NCBI GenBank assembly: GCA_942491355.1
Contig: CALOAZ010000099.1
Location: 26,233 to 90,232, forward strand
DNA: 64,000 bases
Origin: an uncultured Phycisphaeraceae bacterium
GTDB lineage: Bacteria; Planctomycetota; Phycisphaerae; Phycisphaerales; Zrk34
Direction: 5' to 3'
Shown here: positions 9,248 through 19,065 of the stretch, one piece after another
Layout of the letters: every line of letters starts with the position of its first letter
Position numbering within the stretch: position 1 is the stretch's first letter
Program-made: the position numbers and the translations under genes
The notes under the pieces: generated by a model
What the model was told of the DNA's origin: nothing
The model's database searches: none
Seen by the model: the letters and a program-made list of their open reading frames with translations, nothing else

Positions 9248-9825
9248 CGGCCTCTGCGGCACAACCCGGTGGCATCGGCGGCGGCCTGCACGAACAGCCC
9301 GAAGAATTTTCGGTGGATGAATTGCTCGATGCTGATCCCGAAGGCGTTGGCGATGTGCTTTATCTGTTGATCGAGAAACGCCATCGCTCCACCGCCGAAG
9401 TAGCGACCGAACTTGCGACAGCACTGGGCCTGCCGCACGACGCGGTGCGCTACGCCGAACCCCTTGAAATCCAGGCCACCGCACGACAGTGGTTCAGCGT
9501 GATCGGCGCCAGCATGTCTGATAGTGAATCGATCACACTCGCGCAGGCCCTCATCCTTGCCCGGGATCAGCACGATGTGCCGATTGCCGAAGCCTCGCCC
9601 GGCAGCAAGCGATACGTCGTGCGCGTGCGACAAGTCCGCGCGACCGATGCGATCCGCGCCAAAATGATTTTGGATCAACAATCCGAACTGCTCGAAGCCT
9701 CTGCCAGTGGCGGCGGCGACGAACGCGGTCCTTATGTGGAATTGCGATTCGAGTTGCCCAGAGGCGGCGACTGCGGCGCCGTGCTGCGCGCGATCATGGG
9801 AACGGATGTGACACTCGATGTCTGA
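9244..9825 (+). CDS. Truncated TruD-like (tRNA pseudouridine synthase D family) protein lacking the central insertion domain
   Basis: 'PEEFSVDELLDADPEGVGDVLYLLIEKRHRSTAEVATELATALGL' and 'YAEPLEIQATARQWFSV' align to E. coli TruD '[20 protein letters not shown]..' and 'FAGQKDKHAVTEQWL'. The C-terminal 'VELRFELPRGGDCGAVLRAIM' aligns to '[21 protein letters not shown]'. Only 193 aa. ATGA overlap with the upstream gene and an 8-nt overlap with recJ. Confidence 0.6.
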   Translation: MTASAAQPGGIGGGLHEQPEEFSVDELLDADPEGVGDVLYLLIEKRHRSTAEVATELATALGLPHDAVRYAEPLEIQATARQWFSVIGASMSDSESITLAQALILARDQHDVPIAEASPGSKRYVVRVRQVRATDAIRAKMILDQQSELLEASASGGGDERGPYVELRFELPRGGDCGAVLRAIMGTDVTLDV

Positions 9826-11566
9826 CCTGATGCGCGGCCATCTCAAGCGTTGGTGCCTGGCACCGGCGCGTCCCGAAGCCGAGGCGCTCAGTCGCTCGCT
9901 ACACACCAGCCGGTTGATGGGCCAGTTGCTTGCCGCTCGCGATTTGGTCGATGCGCCCAGCGCACACCATCATCTGGACCCCAAACTCACGGATCTACAT
10001 GATCCAGCATTGCTGCCCGGAACGGAGCGCGCGGCGCAGCGCCTGGTCGATGCCGTGCGCGCCGGCGAAAAGATCGTCATCTACGGCGATTACGACGTCG
10101 ACGGCGTATGCGCCACCGCGATTCTCTATCACGCCATCAAAACCGCAGAGCCTGCGGCCAACATCTGCACCTATGTGCCGCATCGTCTGGATGAAGGCTA
10201 CGGCCTGAATGACCAGGCCATCGAACAACTTTGCGACGAGGGCGCGCAGGTCATCGTATCGGTCGATTGCGGCGTGACGGCCGTCGCGCCCGCCGCCATC
10301 GCCAAAGCGCGCGGTGTGGATCTGATCATCACCGATCACCACGAATGGTCTGACGAAAAACCCGATGCGTATGCCATCGTTCATCCGCGTCTGGAATCCG
10401 GCTATCCCTTCGGTGAACTCTGTGGTGCGGGCGTGGCTTACAAAATCGCCTGGCAGATCGCGCGTACCTGGTGCGGTTCGGATCGCGTCTCCGATACTTT
10501 CCGCACATTGCTGATCGATCTGCTGCCATTCGCCGCGCTGGCTACGATTGCCGACGTGGTGCCGCTGGTGGATGAAAATCGCGCGATCGTGGTGCATGGC
10601 TTGAAGCGCATCAAGCAGACACCTTTCGAAGGTTTGTCGGCGCTGATCAGCGCCTCGAATTTGGATGGCGAACAAATCGATGCCTATCACGTGGGATTCG
10701 TGCTCGGCCCGCGCCTCAATGCCTGCGGGCGCATGGGCCACGCCGAACGCGCCGTTCAACTGCTGACGGTGGCTCGCGGCGACGAAGCTCAGGCCTCCGC
10801 CCGCTTTCTGAATACTGAAAATGAAAAGCGACGACGCGCCAGCCAACAGATCTTCGAAGAAGCGCATGCCATGATTCAGGCCACCGGCGGCCTTGATCCC
10901 GCCGTGCGCGCCTACGTTTTGGCGCACGACGACTGGCATCCGGGTGTGGTGGGCATCGTGTGTTCGCGCCTGGTCGAAGCCACCGGTCGGCCCACCATTC
11001 TGCTCGGCGACAACAACGGCGAACTCAAGGGCTCGGGCCGATCCATCGACGGCTTCAATCTGCATGAAGCGCTGCATGCCTGCGCCGCGCCGCTGCTGAG
11101 CTTCGGCGGCCACGCCATGGCCGCAGGCTTGTCGCTCGAGCGCGATCAACTCGAAGCCTTTCGCGCTGCGCTGACTTCGTATGCAGCAAAGCGCATCAGC
11201 GCCGACGATCTGATTCCCGCACTCGATATTGATGCACAGGCCGACATCGCCGAACTCACGACGCAGGCCGTTGTGGATATTCAGCGCCTCGGGCCTTTCG
11301 GTCGATCCAATCCCGCGCCGCGCCTGCTGCTGCGCGACGTGCGCCTCGATCGCGCCGCCACCACCATGGGGCAGAATGCCAAACATCTGAGCTTCATGAT
11401 TCGACGCGATCAAAACGCCATGCGCTGCGTAGCGTGGGGACTGGGTGAACTGGCTTCGAAATTGCCCGGCGGCACCGAACTCGATGTGGTGGGCGAAGCC
11501 AAGCTCAATACGTTTCGCGGCAACACCACGGTGGAACTGATCGTCGACGACCTGCGCTGGCGATGA
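9818..11566 (+). CDS. recJ: Single-stranded-DNA-specific exonuclease RecJ
   Basis: DHH-family motifs 'GDYDVDGV', 'VSVDCG' and 'ITDHHEW', then the DHHA1 region 'GGHAMAAG' and a C-terminal OB-like domain. 582 aa. Confidence 0.92.
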   Translation: MSDLMRGHLKRWCLAPARPEAEALSRSLHTSRLMGQLLAARDLVDAPSAHHHLDPKLTDLHDPALLPGTERAAQRLVDAVRAGEKIVIYGDYDVDGVCATAILYHAIKTAEPAANICTYVPHRLDEGYGLNDQAIEQLCDEGAQVIVSVDCGVTAVAPAAIAKARGVDLIITDHHEWSDEKPDAYAIVHPRLESGYPFGELCGAGVAYKIAWQIARTWCGSDRVSDTFRTLLIDLLPFAALATIADVVPLVDENRAIVVHGLKRIKQTPFEGLSALISASNLDGEQIDAYHVGFVLGPRLNACGRMGHAERAVQLLTVARGDEAQASARFLNTENEKRRRASQQIFEEAHAMIQATGGLDPAVRAYVLAHDDWHPGVVGIVCSRLVEATGRPTILLGDNNGELKGSGRSIDGFNLHEALHACAAPLLSFGGHAMAAGLSLERDQLEAFRAALTSYAAKRISADDLIPALDIDAQADIAELTTQAVVDIQRLGPFGRSNPAPRLLLRDVRLDRAATTMGQNAKHLSFMIRRDQNAMRCVAWGLGELASKLPGGTELDVVGEAKLNTFRGNTTVELIVDDLRWR

Positions 11567-11570
11567 GCTT

Positions 11571-12848
11571 TTAAATCGGCAAGGCGCGCGCCATGCGCGC
11601 GACACCTTCGTGAATATCTTCGATCGATGGCGTGCCGAAACTCAGGCGGATGCAATTCGTCGGTGCCGTGCGATTCGGATCGGCCGGATAACAGAACACA
11701 CCCGGCACGTAGATCACACCCTCGGCCAGACATTGCTTGAAATACGTCGCATCCGGGCCCGTATCAATCGCCTCGGGCAGCGTGAGCCAAACATAAAGAC
11801 CGCCTTGCGGGCGCGTCCACGTAGCGCCACGATCCGAAAAATGCTGATCGAGCGCCGCCAACATGGCGTCGCGCTTTTGCGCATAGCGTTCGCACAAACG
11901 CTTCACATGTTGTGCGTAAGCGCCGCTGATCATCGCTTCGTGCAGAATCGACTGGCAGAAATTCGGCGAGCCGAAATCCTGCGAGCCTTTTTGCAGTAGC
12001 ACCGGCTCGATCAAATCATCCGGCAACAAGCCGTAGCCTGTTTTCAATCCGGGTGAAAACGGCTTTGAAAACGTCATGGCCAAGGCCACCGTTGAATTGT
12101 CTTTGTCGAGCGATTTGATCGTGGGCGGCGCCACGCCGTCGTAAGTCAGTTCGCGATATGCCGCATCTTCGAGCAACAGAATGCGATGCTTTTTGGAGTA
12201 GCGCTGCACGGCTTCGAGCACGCGCGGCCGGCGCGATGCATGCAGCGTGCGCCCCGTCGGGTTTTTGTGATACGTCACGGTGTAAACGATTTTAACGCGA
12301 TCGAGTCGGCCTTCGGCTTCGATGGCCGCGAGCATCGCTTCGAGCGATTCGGGAATCAGGCCGTCGTCGTCAGAGTCGACCGTGCGCACTTCGGCGCCGA
12401 ACGTGCGCAGCGCGCCGGTGTACACGAAATAACTCGGCCATGCCGTGATCACGATGTCACCCGGATTCACCAGCACTTCGGTCAGCAGATAAAGCAGTTG
12501 TTGCGACCCGGTGGTGACGACGACATTTTTCGCCGTGGCGCCGTAATGATCGACCGGCACGCCATCGAGTTGCGCCAAGTGCGCCAACAGCGCCGAGCGC
12601 AAACCGGCGTGACCTGCGGTGGTGCCGTACTGCAGGGGTGGTTTTGCGGCGGGCGACTCCGGGGTGAGCAGCCGCGCACTCAATTCGGCCACTTCGCGCG
12701 AAGGCAGCGTCGGGTAATCGACCAAACCGGCCGCCAGTGAGATCAGCCCGGGGTTTTCCACCGCCTGAGCCATCAGATAGCCGATGGGCTGCTGTACGGT
12801 GCGCTTCTGGCGGTCCGATAATTCAAATGGGGGCGGCGCCTCACTCAT
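11571..12848 (-). CDS. PLP-dependent aminotransferase, class I/II (LysN/2-aminoadipate-type)
   Basis: 'TTGSQQLLYLL', 'LLEDAAYREL' and the PLP-lysine context 'TFSKPFSPGLKTGYG'. Start placed at the internal ATG ('MSEAPPPFEL'). The longer ORF extends to 12920. Confidence 0.8.
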   Translation of the reverse strand: MSEAPPPFELSDRQKRTVQQPIGYLMAQAVENPGLISLAAGLVDYPTLPSREVAELSARLLTPESPAAKPPLQYGTTAGHAGLRSALLAHLAQLDGVPVDHYGATAKNVVVTTGSQQLLYLLTEVLVNPGDIVITAWPSYFVYTGALRTFGAEVRTVDSDDDGLIPESLEAMLAAIEAEGRLDRVKIVYTVTYHKNPTGRTLHASRRPRVLEAVQRYSKKHRILLLEDAAYRELTYDGVAPPTIKSLDKDNSTVALAMTFSKPFSPGLKTGYGLLPDDLIEPVLLQKGSQDFGSPNFCQSILHEAMISGAYAQHVKRLCERYAQKRDAMLAALDQHFSDRGATWTRPQGGLYVWLTLPEAIDTGPDATYFKQCLAEGVIYVPGVFCYPADPNRTAPTNCIRLSFGTPSIEDIHEGVARMARALPI

Positions 12849-13042
12849 CGCCCGGACGATAGCAATGAAACCGCCTTCGGGCCAACATCGGAATCCGTGA
12901 TCCAGGCATGATTTACGCATTCTCGGCGTTGGGTCGTGTCTAGATCCGCCCTAGGGAAGGGACATTCTGATGGATACAGGGCCGTTGCCTGTGTTCTGCG
13001 TCGCGGGCCTTTGCCCAATGCCTACGATGCCGATGAGTTGGG

Positions 13043-15793
13043 GTGGCTGAGGTGCAGGGAGCCCCCGTGTCGAATGCATGGCTGTATCGCAAGGACGGGC
13101 GACGAGGTGATGTGGTCACCCTGGAGCGCCTGCGCCAAATGGTTTCCAGCGGCATGCTGGGGGCCGATGACGAAATTTTCGTGACCCAGCGCGATGCCTG
13201 GGTGCGCGTCGCGAAAATCCGCGATCTCGCCGCTTTGCTGCCCGAGCGCGTCAACGCTGAACCCGCTGCCGAATCACCGGCTCCCGTGCCTGCACCACCC
13301 AAACCTGCCAAAGCAAAATCGCCCGCACCTGTTGCTGCTGCGCCAGCGCCGCGCCAAGCCGCGCCAAAAACCAAAACACGATCTGCCGCCAAACCGCGCA
13401 AACTCATGTGGGTCGGCGGGGCTGCAGCGGCTCTGTTGATACTCGGCGTGCTGCTCGGCCCGAGTTTGTTTCGTCAGGATGAAGGTGAAGGCGGACTGCT
13501 GGCATTCATCGGCGTGAAGTCCGAACCCGATGCCGCGCTCTACAAACAGCAGATCCAACCACTGCTCACCAAATACTGCGAAGGTTGCCACGGCACTGAA
13601 AAACAAAAAGCCGATCTGGATTTCACGCAGTTTGCCTCGCGCGCCGATGTGCAGAAAGATCGCAAACTTTGGCGCACCGCGCTCGACATGGTCGCCAACG
13701 GCGAGATGCCGCCGGAAAAAGCGAAACTCAAACCCACCACCGAAGAAATCGATCTGCTCACCGCATGGATCGATCGCACGATCAAGGATTTCGATTGCTC
13801 GGGTGATATCGATCCGGGCCGCGTGACGCTGCGTCGCCTCAACCGCACCGAGTACAACCACACCATCCGTGATCTGGTGGGTGTGGATTTTCAACCCGCC
13901 AAGGACTTTCCTTCAGACGACGTCGACGGCGAAGGTTTCGACAACAACGGTGACGTACTGTCGATGCCGCCGATCCTGATGGAGAAATATCTCAGCGCTG
14001 CCGAAGATGTCATGGCCAAAGCCATCGTGGTGAACACAAAGGCCGTGGTAGAGACGCATTTGCTCGATGCCACGCAGTTCAAAGGCTATGGCGGCGTGAA
14101 CGGAAGCGATCTGGCGATGGGTTCCTCCGGCGAAGCCTTTGCCGAAATCAACATCGATCGACCGGGGCGTTATCAGATCCGCACATGGGCATGGGCGCAG
14201 CAAGCCGGCCCTGAAAAAGCCAAGATCGGCGTGAGCCTGGCCGGCAAGCGCCTCAAAGACTTCGACATTCACGGCGAACACGGCAAGCCCGGCAAAGTCG
14301 AGTTCGAACACGCACTGGGCAAAGGCACAAACAAGATCGGCATCGCCTTTCTCAACGATTTTTATCAGCCCGAAGCCAAGGATCCTGCGCAGCGCGACCG
14401 CAATCTCTTCTTGCGCTCCGTTGAACTGATCGGCCCGCTCGACGCGAAGCCGCCGTCACTGCCCGACAGTCACATCCGCCTTTTTGTGGATCATCCGGAT
14501 CGCGGCACGCCCAAGCGCGATGCGGCTCGCAAGATCATCGAGGCCTTCGCCACACAAGCTTTCCGTCGTCCTGTGGAGAGTCAGGAAGTCGACAAACTGC
14601 TGACGATGTTCGATCTGGCTGATCGCAACAAGGAAACTTTCGAGCGCTCCGTCCAACTCGCACTGACCGGCGCGTTGATCAATCCATACTTTCTCTTCCG
14701 CGTCGAACAGGATCGTCCCGGTAAAGGCGAACATCAGGCTTATGCGCTGAACGACTGGGAAATCGCCAGTCGTTTGTCGTACTTTCTCTGGTCATCCATG
14801 CCGGATGACGCATTATTCGCTGCCGCACGCGAAGGCAAGCTCGGCGACCCGGTCGAACTCGAACGGCAGGTCAAGCGCATGCTGGCCGACCCGAAAAGCC
14901 GTGCGCTGGTCGACAACTTCGCGGCGCAGTGGCTGCAGTTGCGTGACCTCTACACCATCAAGCCCGACGAAAAGATCTTCCCCGAATTCAAAGACGACCT
15001 GCGCCGCGCCATGTATGAAGAAGTGGCGGCCCACTTCGAACACGTGATGCGCGCCGATCGTCCGATCCTCGAACTGCTCGATGCCGACTACACGTTTGTG
15101 AACGAACGCCTTGCGAAGCATTACGGCATGTCGGGCGTCAGCGGCGAGGCCTTTCAAAAGGTCTCGGTCGATCGCACCCAGCGCGGCGGCCTTCTGACCG
15201 CCGCCGGCGTGCTGACGCTCACCAGTGATCCGACGCGCTCCAGTCCGGTCAAACGCGGCAAGTGGGTTCTGATGAATGTCCTGGGCACGCCGCCGCCACC
15301 ACCGCCACCGGTGGTGCCCGATCTGGAAGAAGCCGAAAAACACGCCGGCGGCAAGAAGTTGTCGATGCGCGAAAAAATGGCCCTGCACAGCACCGATCCG
15401 ATCTGCGCCTCTTGCCACAAACGCATGGATCCACTCGGCTTCGGTCTGGAAAACTTCGACGCCTTGGGCCGCTGGCGCTCTGAACACGATGGCACCAAAA
15501 TCGATGCCTCAGGCGTGCTGCCCGATGGCTCGACGTTTAACGGACCTGCCGAACTGCGCACGGTGCTGGCAGGCAAGAAAGACCAATTTGTTCATTGCAT
15601 CACCGAAAAAATGCTGATTTACGCCCTGGGCCGCGGCCTCGAATACACCGACGCCTGCAGCATCAAAGGGATTACTGACGCACTGGCCAAAGACGAATAC
15701 CGCTTTTCCTCCCTTGTCCTGGCCATCACGCGAAGCGTACCGTTCGGTTATCGCCGTCCCATGAAAACCGTCGAGGTCACACTCAATGACTAA
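13043..15793 (+). CDS. GYF_2 + planctomycete cytochrome c (PSCyt) + DUF1587/1592/1595/1588/1585 multidomain protein
   Basis: N-terminal 'WLYRKDGRRGDVVTLERLRQMVSSGMLGADDEIFVTQRDAWVRVAKIRDL' (GYF_2-like), a TM segment and heme motif 'CEGCHG'. Later 'CASCHKRMDPLGFGLENFDALGRWR', typical of the DUF1588/DUF1585 end of this family. Confidence 0.85.
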   Translation: MAEVQGAPVSNAWLYRKDGRRGDVVTLERLRQMVSSGMLGADDEIFVTQRDAWVRVAKIRDLAALLPERVNAEPAAESPAPVPAPPKPAKAKSPAPVAAAPAPRQAAPKTKTRSAAKPRKLMWVGGAAAALLILGVLLGPSLFRQDEGEGGLLAFIGVKSEPDAALYKQQIQPLLTKYCEGCHGTEKQKADLDFTQFASRADVQKDRKLWRTALDMVANGEMPPEKAKLKPTTEEIDLLTAWIDRTIKDFDCSGDIDPGRVTLRRLNRTEYNHTIRDLVGVDFQPAKDFPSDDVDGEGFDNNGDVLSMPPILMEKYLSAAEDVMAKAIVVNTKAVVETHLLDATQFKGYGGVNGSDLAMGSSGEAFAEINIDRPGRYQIRTWAWAQQAGPEKAKIGVSLAGKRLKDFDIHGEHGKPGKVEFEHALGKGTNKIGIAFLNDFYQPEAKDPAQRDRNLFLRSVELIGPLDAKPPSLPDSHIRLFVDHPDRGTPKRDAARKIIEAFATQAFRRPVESQEVDKLLTMFDLADRNKETFERSVQLALTGALINPYFLFRVEQDRPGKGEHQAYALNDWEIASRLSYFLWSSMPDDALFAAAREGKLGDPVELERQVKRMLADPKSRALVDNFAAQWLQLRDLYTIKPDEKIFPEFKDDLRRAMYEEVAAHFEHVMRADRPILELLDADYTFVNERLAKHYGMSGVSGEAFQKVSVDRTQRGGLLTAAGVLTLTSDPTRSSPVKRGKWVLMNVLGTPPPPPPPVVPDLEEAEKHAGGKKLSMREKMALHSTDPICASCHKRMDPLGFGLENFDALGRWRSEHDGTKIDASGVLPDGSTFNGPAELRTVLAGKKDQFVHCITEKMLIYALGRGLEYTDACSIKGITDALAKDEYRFSSLVLAITRSVPFGYRRPMKTVEVTLND

Positions 15794-17132
15794 GCCCTGG
15801 ATGATTGATCGTCGAACCATGCTTCGCGGCACAGGTGTGGCACTGAGCCTACCGATGCTCGACGCCATGGTGACCCCGCAAGCCCGCGCGGCTTCGAGTG
15901 AAAAACCGCCGGTGCGTATGGGTTTCATCTTTGCTCCCAACGGCAAGCACATGCAGGACTGGACGCCCGGCGAGACCGGCGAGCAGTTCAAACTGCCGCA
16001 CCTGCTCGAACCCTTCCAACATGTGAAGCACAACCTGACCGTGTTCACCGGTCTCACGCACGATAAGGCGCGGGCCAACGGCGACGGCGGTGGCGACCAC
16101 GCTCGCAATGCCGGCACCTATCTCACCGGCATGCAGTGCCGCAAGACCGCCGGCAAAGACATCAGCACCGGCGTATCGGTCGATCAGATCGCCGCCAATA
16201 AATTCGCGGGCAAAACGCCGCTGGCCAGTCTCGAATTGGGCACCGAAGCCGGCCGCCAGGCCGGCAATTGCGACTCGGGTTATTCGTGCGCTTATTCGTC
16301 GAATATTTCGTGGCGTTCGCCCAGCACGCCGATGGCGAAAGAGATCAATCCGCGCCTCGTTTTTGAACGGCTGTTCGGAGATGCCAACGCGTTGGCCAAC
16401 AAGAAAGAAGCCGCCAAGCAGGCAAGCTATCGCAAGAGCCTGCTGGATCTGGTACGCGAGGATGCTCAATCACTCAGCGGTCGCATCAGCGGTGCCGACA
16501 AACACAAGCTCGATGAATATCTCGACACGGTGCGCTCCATCGAACAGCGCATTCAAGCCTCCGAAGGACAAAGTGCCAATCGCGTACCCGATGGTATCGA
16601 AACCCCCGCTGGTATTCCCCGCGAGTATGCAGATCACCTCAAGCTGATGTACGAACTGATGGCGCTCGCGTTCCAGACTGATACCACACGCGTGGCCACA
16701 TTCATGGTCGCGAATGCCGGCTCGAACCGTACGTACCCCGATCTGGGTGTGAGCGAAGGCCATCACTCGCTTTCACACCATCAGAACGATGCCCAGAAGC
16801 AGGAACACATCAAGAAGATCAACCGCTTCCACACCGAAGTGGCTGCCAGCTTCCTGGAGCGACTCGAAAAAACCAAGGAAGGCGACAAGTCATTGCTCGA
16901 CAGTTGCATGATCCTGTACGGCAGCGGCATCGCCGACGGCAACCGCCACAACCATGACAATTTGCCCATCGTCGTGGCAGGTAATGCCGGCGGTCGCCTC
17001 AAAGCTGGTCGCCACCTCAAGTACGACAAAAACACACCGTTGTGCAATCTGTTCCTGTCGATGCTCGATCGCGTGGATGTCTCAATCGATCGATTCGGCG
17101 ACAGCACCGGACGATTGCCCGGCCTTTCCTGA
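15786..17132 (+). CDS. DUF1552-domain protein with a Tat-like signal
   Basis: 'MIDRRTMLRGTGVALSLPMLDAM' twin-arginine leader and the family-typical 'EGHHSLSHH'. 8-nt overlap with the upstream DUF1592 gene. Confidence 0.85.
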   Translation: MTKPWMIDRRTMLRGTGVALSLPMLDAMVTPQARAASSEKPPVRMGFIFAPNGKHMQDWTPGETGEQFKLPHLLEPFQHVKHNLTVFTGLTHDKARANGDGGGDHARNAGTYLTGMQCRKTAGKDISTGVSVDQIAANKFAGKTPLASLELGTEAGRQAGNCDSGYSCAYSSNISWRSPSTPMAKEINPRLVFERLFGDANALANKKEAAKQASYRKSLLDLVREDAQSLSGRISGADKHKLDEYLDTVRSIEQRIQASEGQSANRVPDGIETPAGIPREYADHLKLMYELMALAFQTDTTRVATFMVANAGSNRTYPDLGVSEGHHSLSHHQNDAQKQEHIKKINRFHTEVAASFLERLEKTKEGDKSLLDSCMILYGSGIADGNRHNHDNLPIVVAGNAGGRLKAGRHLKYDKNTPLCNLFLSMLDRVDVSIDRFGDSTGRLPGLS

Positions 17133-17172
17133 ACCTCCCGGTTCAGGCACCCTCAGACTCTGATCCAACCCC

Positions 17173-17216
17173 GACCACCGCGGCCGCAACTCCTTCGGCC
17201 GCGGTGGTCATTTTGT
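17173..17216 (+). terminator. Rho-independent terminator after the DUF1552 gene
   Basis: Perfect 14-bp stem GACCACCGCGGCCG / CGGCCGCGGTGGTC (17173-17186 / 17196-17209), a 9-nt loop, then ATTTTGT. Confidence 0.8.
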
Positions 17217-17287
17217 GCGCGCATTATTTTTGAATGGGTTTCAGAGAAGACCTCACACGGCCTCTCTCGATGCAACGGACGAACGGC

Positions 17288-18082
17288 TTACATCAAGACC
17301 AAGCCATGCAGCAAAGCGCCCACGCCATAAGCCAAGCTGGCGGCAATGCCACCCATCGCCAGTGTTTCAAATCCGGCGCGCCACGGCTGATTGGTGGTCA
17401 CATATCCCTTGAGGGTACCCACACCGAAAAAAGCCAGGCCCGTCAGCACCGCGCTGATTTGAAACGGATTCGATAAATGCCAGGCCTCAGGCGTGGCAAG
17501 CTGCCAGATGAAGGTCAGCAAGGGCAATGTGCCTACCGCCAGAAAGGCCGCGAAAGTAACCCATGCGGCGCGCAGCGCGCTGGGCCCATCGAGCGCCATG
17601 CCCAACTCTTCAATGAGCATCGTATCGATCCATCGCTTCCGATCGGCAGTAATGCGATCCACCGCATGTTCAAGGTCTTCGCCCGTAAATCCTTTCGCCG
17701 CGAAGATCTGACGAATTTCTTCGCGTTCTCCCTCGGGATAGCGATCGATGTGATCGGCCTCCATCCGGCGCAAACGCTCGCGCAACTGTTCTTCTGCCCG
17801 TGTGCCCAGATAATTGCTCACCGCCATCGAAAAGCCGTCACCAATCAGATTGGCCAGCCCGAGTACGACCACGATGCCTGCAGACAACTGAGCTCCGGCC
17901 ACACCAGCCACCACGGCAAAGGTGGTCACGGTGCCGTCGACCGCTCCGAACACAAAGTCCCGCAGATAGCTGTGCTGCGTGGCCGCTTCGAGACGATCGG
18001 CAATCGCACGGGGCGTATGATCTGCCTTAAGCTGGTCAAGGTTTTGATGATGATCGGCCATGCCTCGATGATATCCCGACAT
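17288..18082 (-). CDS. VIT1/CCC1-family iron/manganese transporter
   Basis: 'YLRDFVFGAVDGTVTTFAVVAGVAGA', a central metal-binding-type acidic helix region 'EEQLRERLRRMEADHIDRYPEGEREEI', and C-terminal TM helices. Confidence 0.85.
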   Translation of the reverse strand: MSGYHRGMADHHQNLDQLKADHTPRAIADRLEAATQHSYLRDFVFGAVDGTVTTFAVVAGVAGAQLSAGIVVVLGLANLIGDGFSMAVSNYLGTRAEEQLRERLRRMEADHIDRYPEGEREEIRQIFAAKGFTGEDLEHAVDRITADRKRWIDTMLIEELGMALDGPSALRAAWVTFAAFLAVGTLPLLTFIWQLATPEAWHLSNPFQISAVLTGLAFFGVGTLKGYVTTNQPWRAGFETLAMGGIAASLAYGVGALLHGLVLM

Positions 18083-18120
18083 CCCCTGAATGTGTTGCCT
18101 CTGCTTGCAGGAGTCTTGTG

Positions 18121-19047
18121 ATGTCTGAAATCCGACTGCGTCCCATGACCGCGCAAGATGTGCATGCCGTGGCGGAACTAATCCACCTCTCTACCAATGT
18201 CTGGTATCAGACCCACGGCCGACCGCCTATTTTCGCCGCAGGCCCCGAATCATGCGGTGTGTTCGCAGAAATTTACGAAGACCTCGATCCGGGGCGGTGC
18301 CTGCTGGCTGAAGATATCGCGACGGGGCGACTCGCCGGATCCTGTTTTGTGCATCCACGATCCACACATGTTGCGCTGGGCATCATGAATGTGCATCCGA
18401 GTTACTTCGGCCGCCGTGTGGCTCGCCGTCTGCTTGAGCACGTGATTGATGAAGCCGAAAAACGCGGCGTGCCTGCACGACTGGTTTCGAGCTGTCTGAA
18501 TCTCGATTCGTATTCACTCTATACGCGAGCGGGCTTCGTGCCGGTCATGACGTATCAAGACGTCTGCGTGAACGTGCCAGCAAATGGATTGGCTCAAACA
18601 CCTCAAGGTGCGGAGCATGTGCGCCAAGCCACGCTTGAAGATCTGTCGGCCATGGTCGCGCTCGAAAGAGAACTCGCAGGCATCGAGCGCGAGGCCGATC
18701 ATCGGTATTTCATCGAGAACCGGCGGGGCGTCTGGCACACAAGCGTGTTCGAACGCGGCGGCCAGATCGAAGGCTTCTTAAGCTCGATTGCGCATCCCGG
18801 TTCGAACATGCTCGGCCCGGGCGTGGGGCGCGATCAAGCCATCGCCGCGGCTTTGATTCATGCCGAGTTGAATGTGAACGCCGGTCGATCCCCCATCATG
18901 CTGGTGCCGGCGCACTGCGGCGATTTGGTGAAACAGCTTTATGCCTGGGGCGGGCGCAACACCGAAATGCACGTGCATCAGGTGCATGGCGCTTGTCCTG
19001 AATTTAAAGGTGTGAATATTCCGACGTTCATGCCGGAGACGGGGTGA
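18121..19047 (+). CDS. GNAT-family N-acetyltransferase (two-lobed)
   Basis: 'IRLRPMTAQDVHAVAEL', 'LGIMNVHPSYFGRRVARRLLEHVIDEAEKRG' (acetyl-CoA Q/RxxGxG/A-like region) and 'YTRAGF'. ATG at 18121 follows an AGGAG RBS. Confidence 0.7.
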   Translation: MSEIRLRPMTAQDVHAVAELIHLSTNVWYQTHGRPPIFAAGPESCGVFAEIYEDLDPGRCLLAEDIATGRLAGSCFVHPRSTHVALGIMNVHPSYFGRRVARRLLEHVIDEAEKRGVPARLVSSCLNLDSYSLYTRAGFVPVMTYQDVCVNVPANGLAQTPQGAEHVRQATLEDLSAMVALERELAGIEREADHRYFIENRRGVWHTSVFERGGQIEGFLSSIAHPGSNMLGPGVGRDQAIAAALIHAELNVNAGRSPIMLVPAHCGDLVKQLYAWGGRNTEMHVHQVHGACPEFKGVNIPTFMPETG

Positions 19048-19065
19048 GGATCAACCACTTCATCT

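Noticed and set aside
9995-11605. 536-aa ORF antisense to recJ. Similar long antisense ORFs occur at 9046..9906, 13274..13894, 22650..23519, 42263..42922, 43080..43904, 48565..49536, 50866..52035, 54400..55134, 56054..57232 and elsewhere.
   Set aside because: These are typical shadow ORFs of a high-GC genome. They have Arg/Ala/Gly/His-rich low-complexity translations and no motifs, and they fully overlap genes with strong homology signatures on the other strand.
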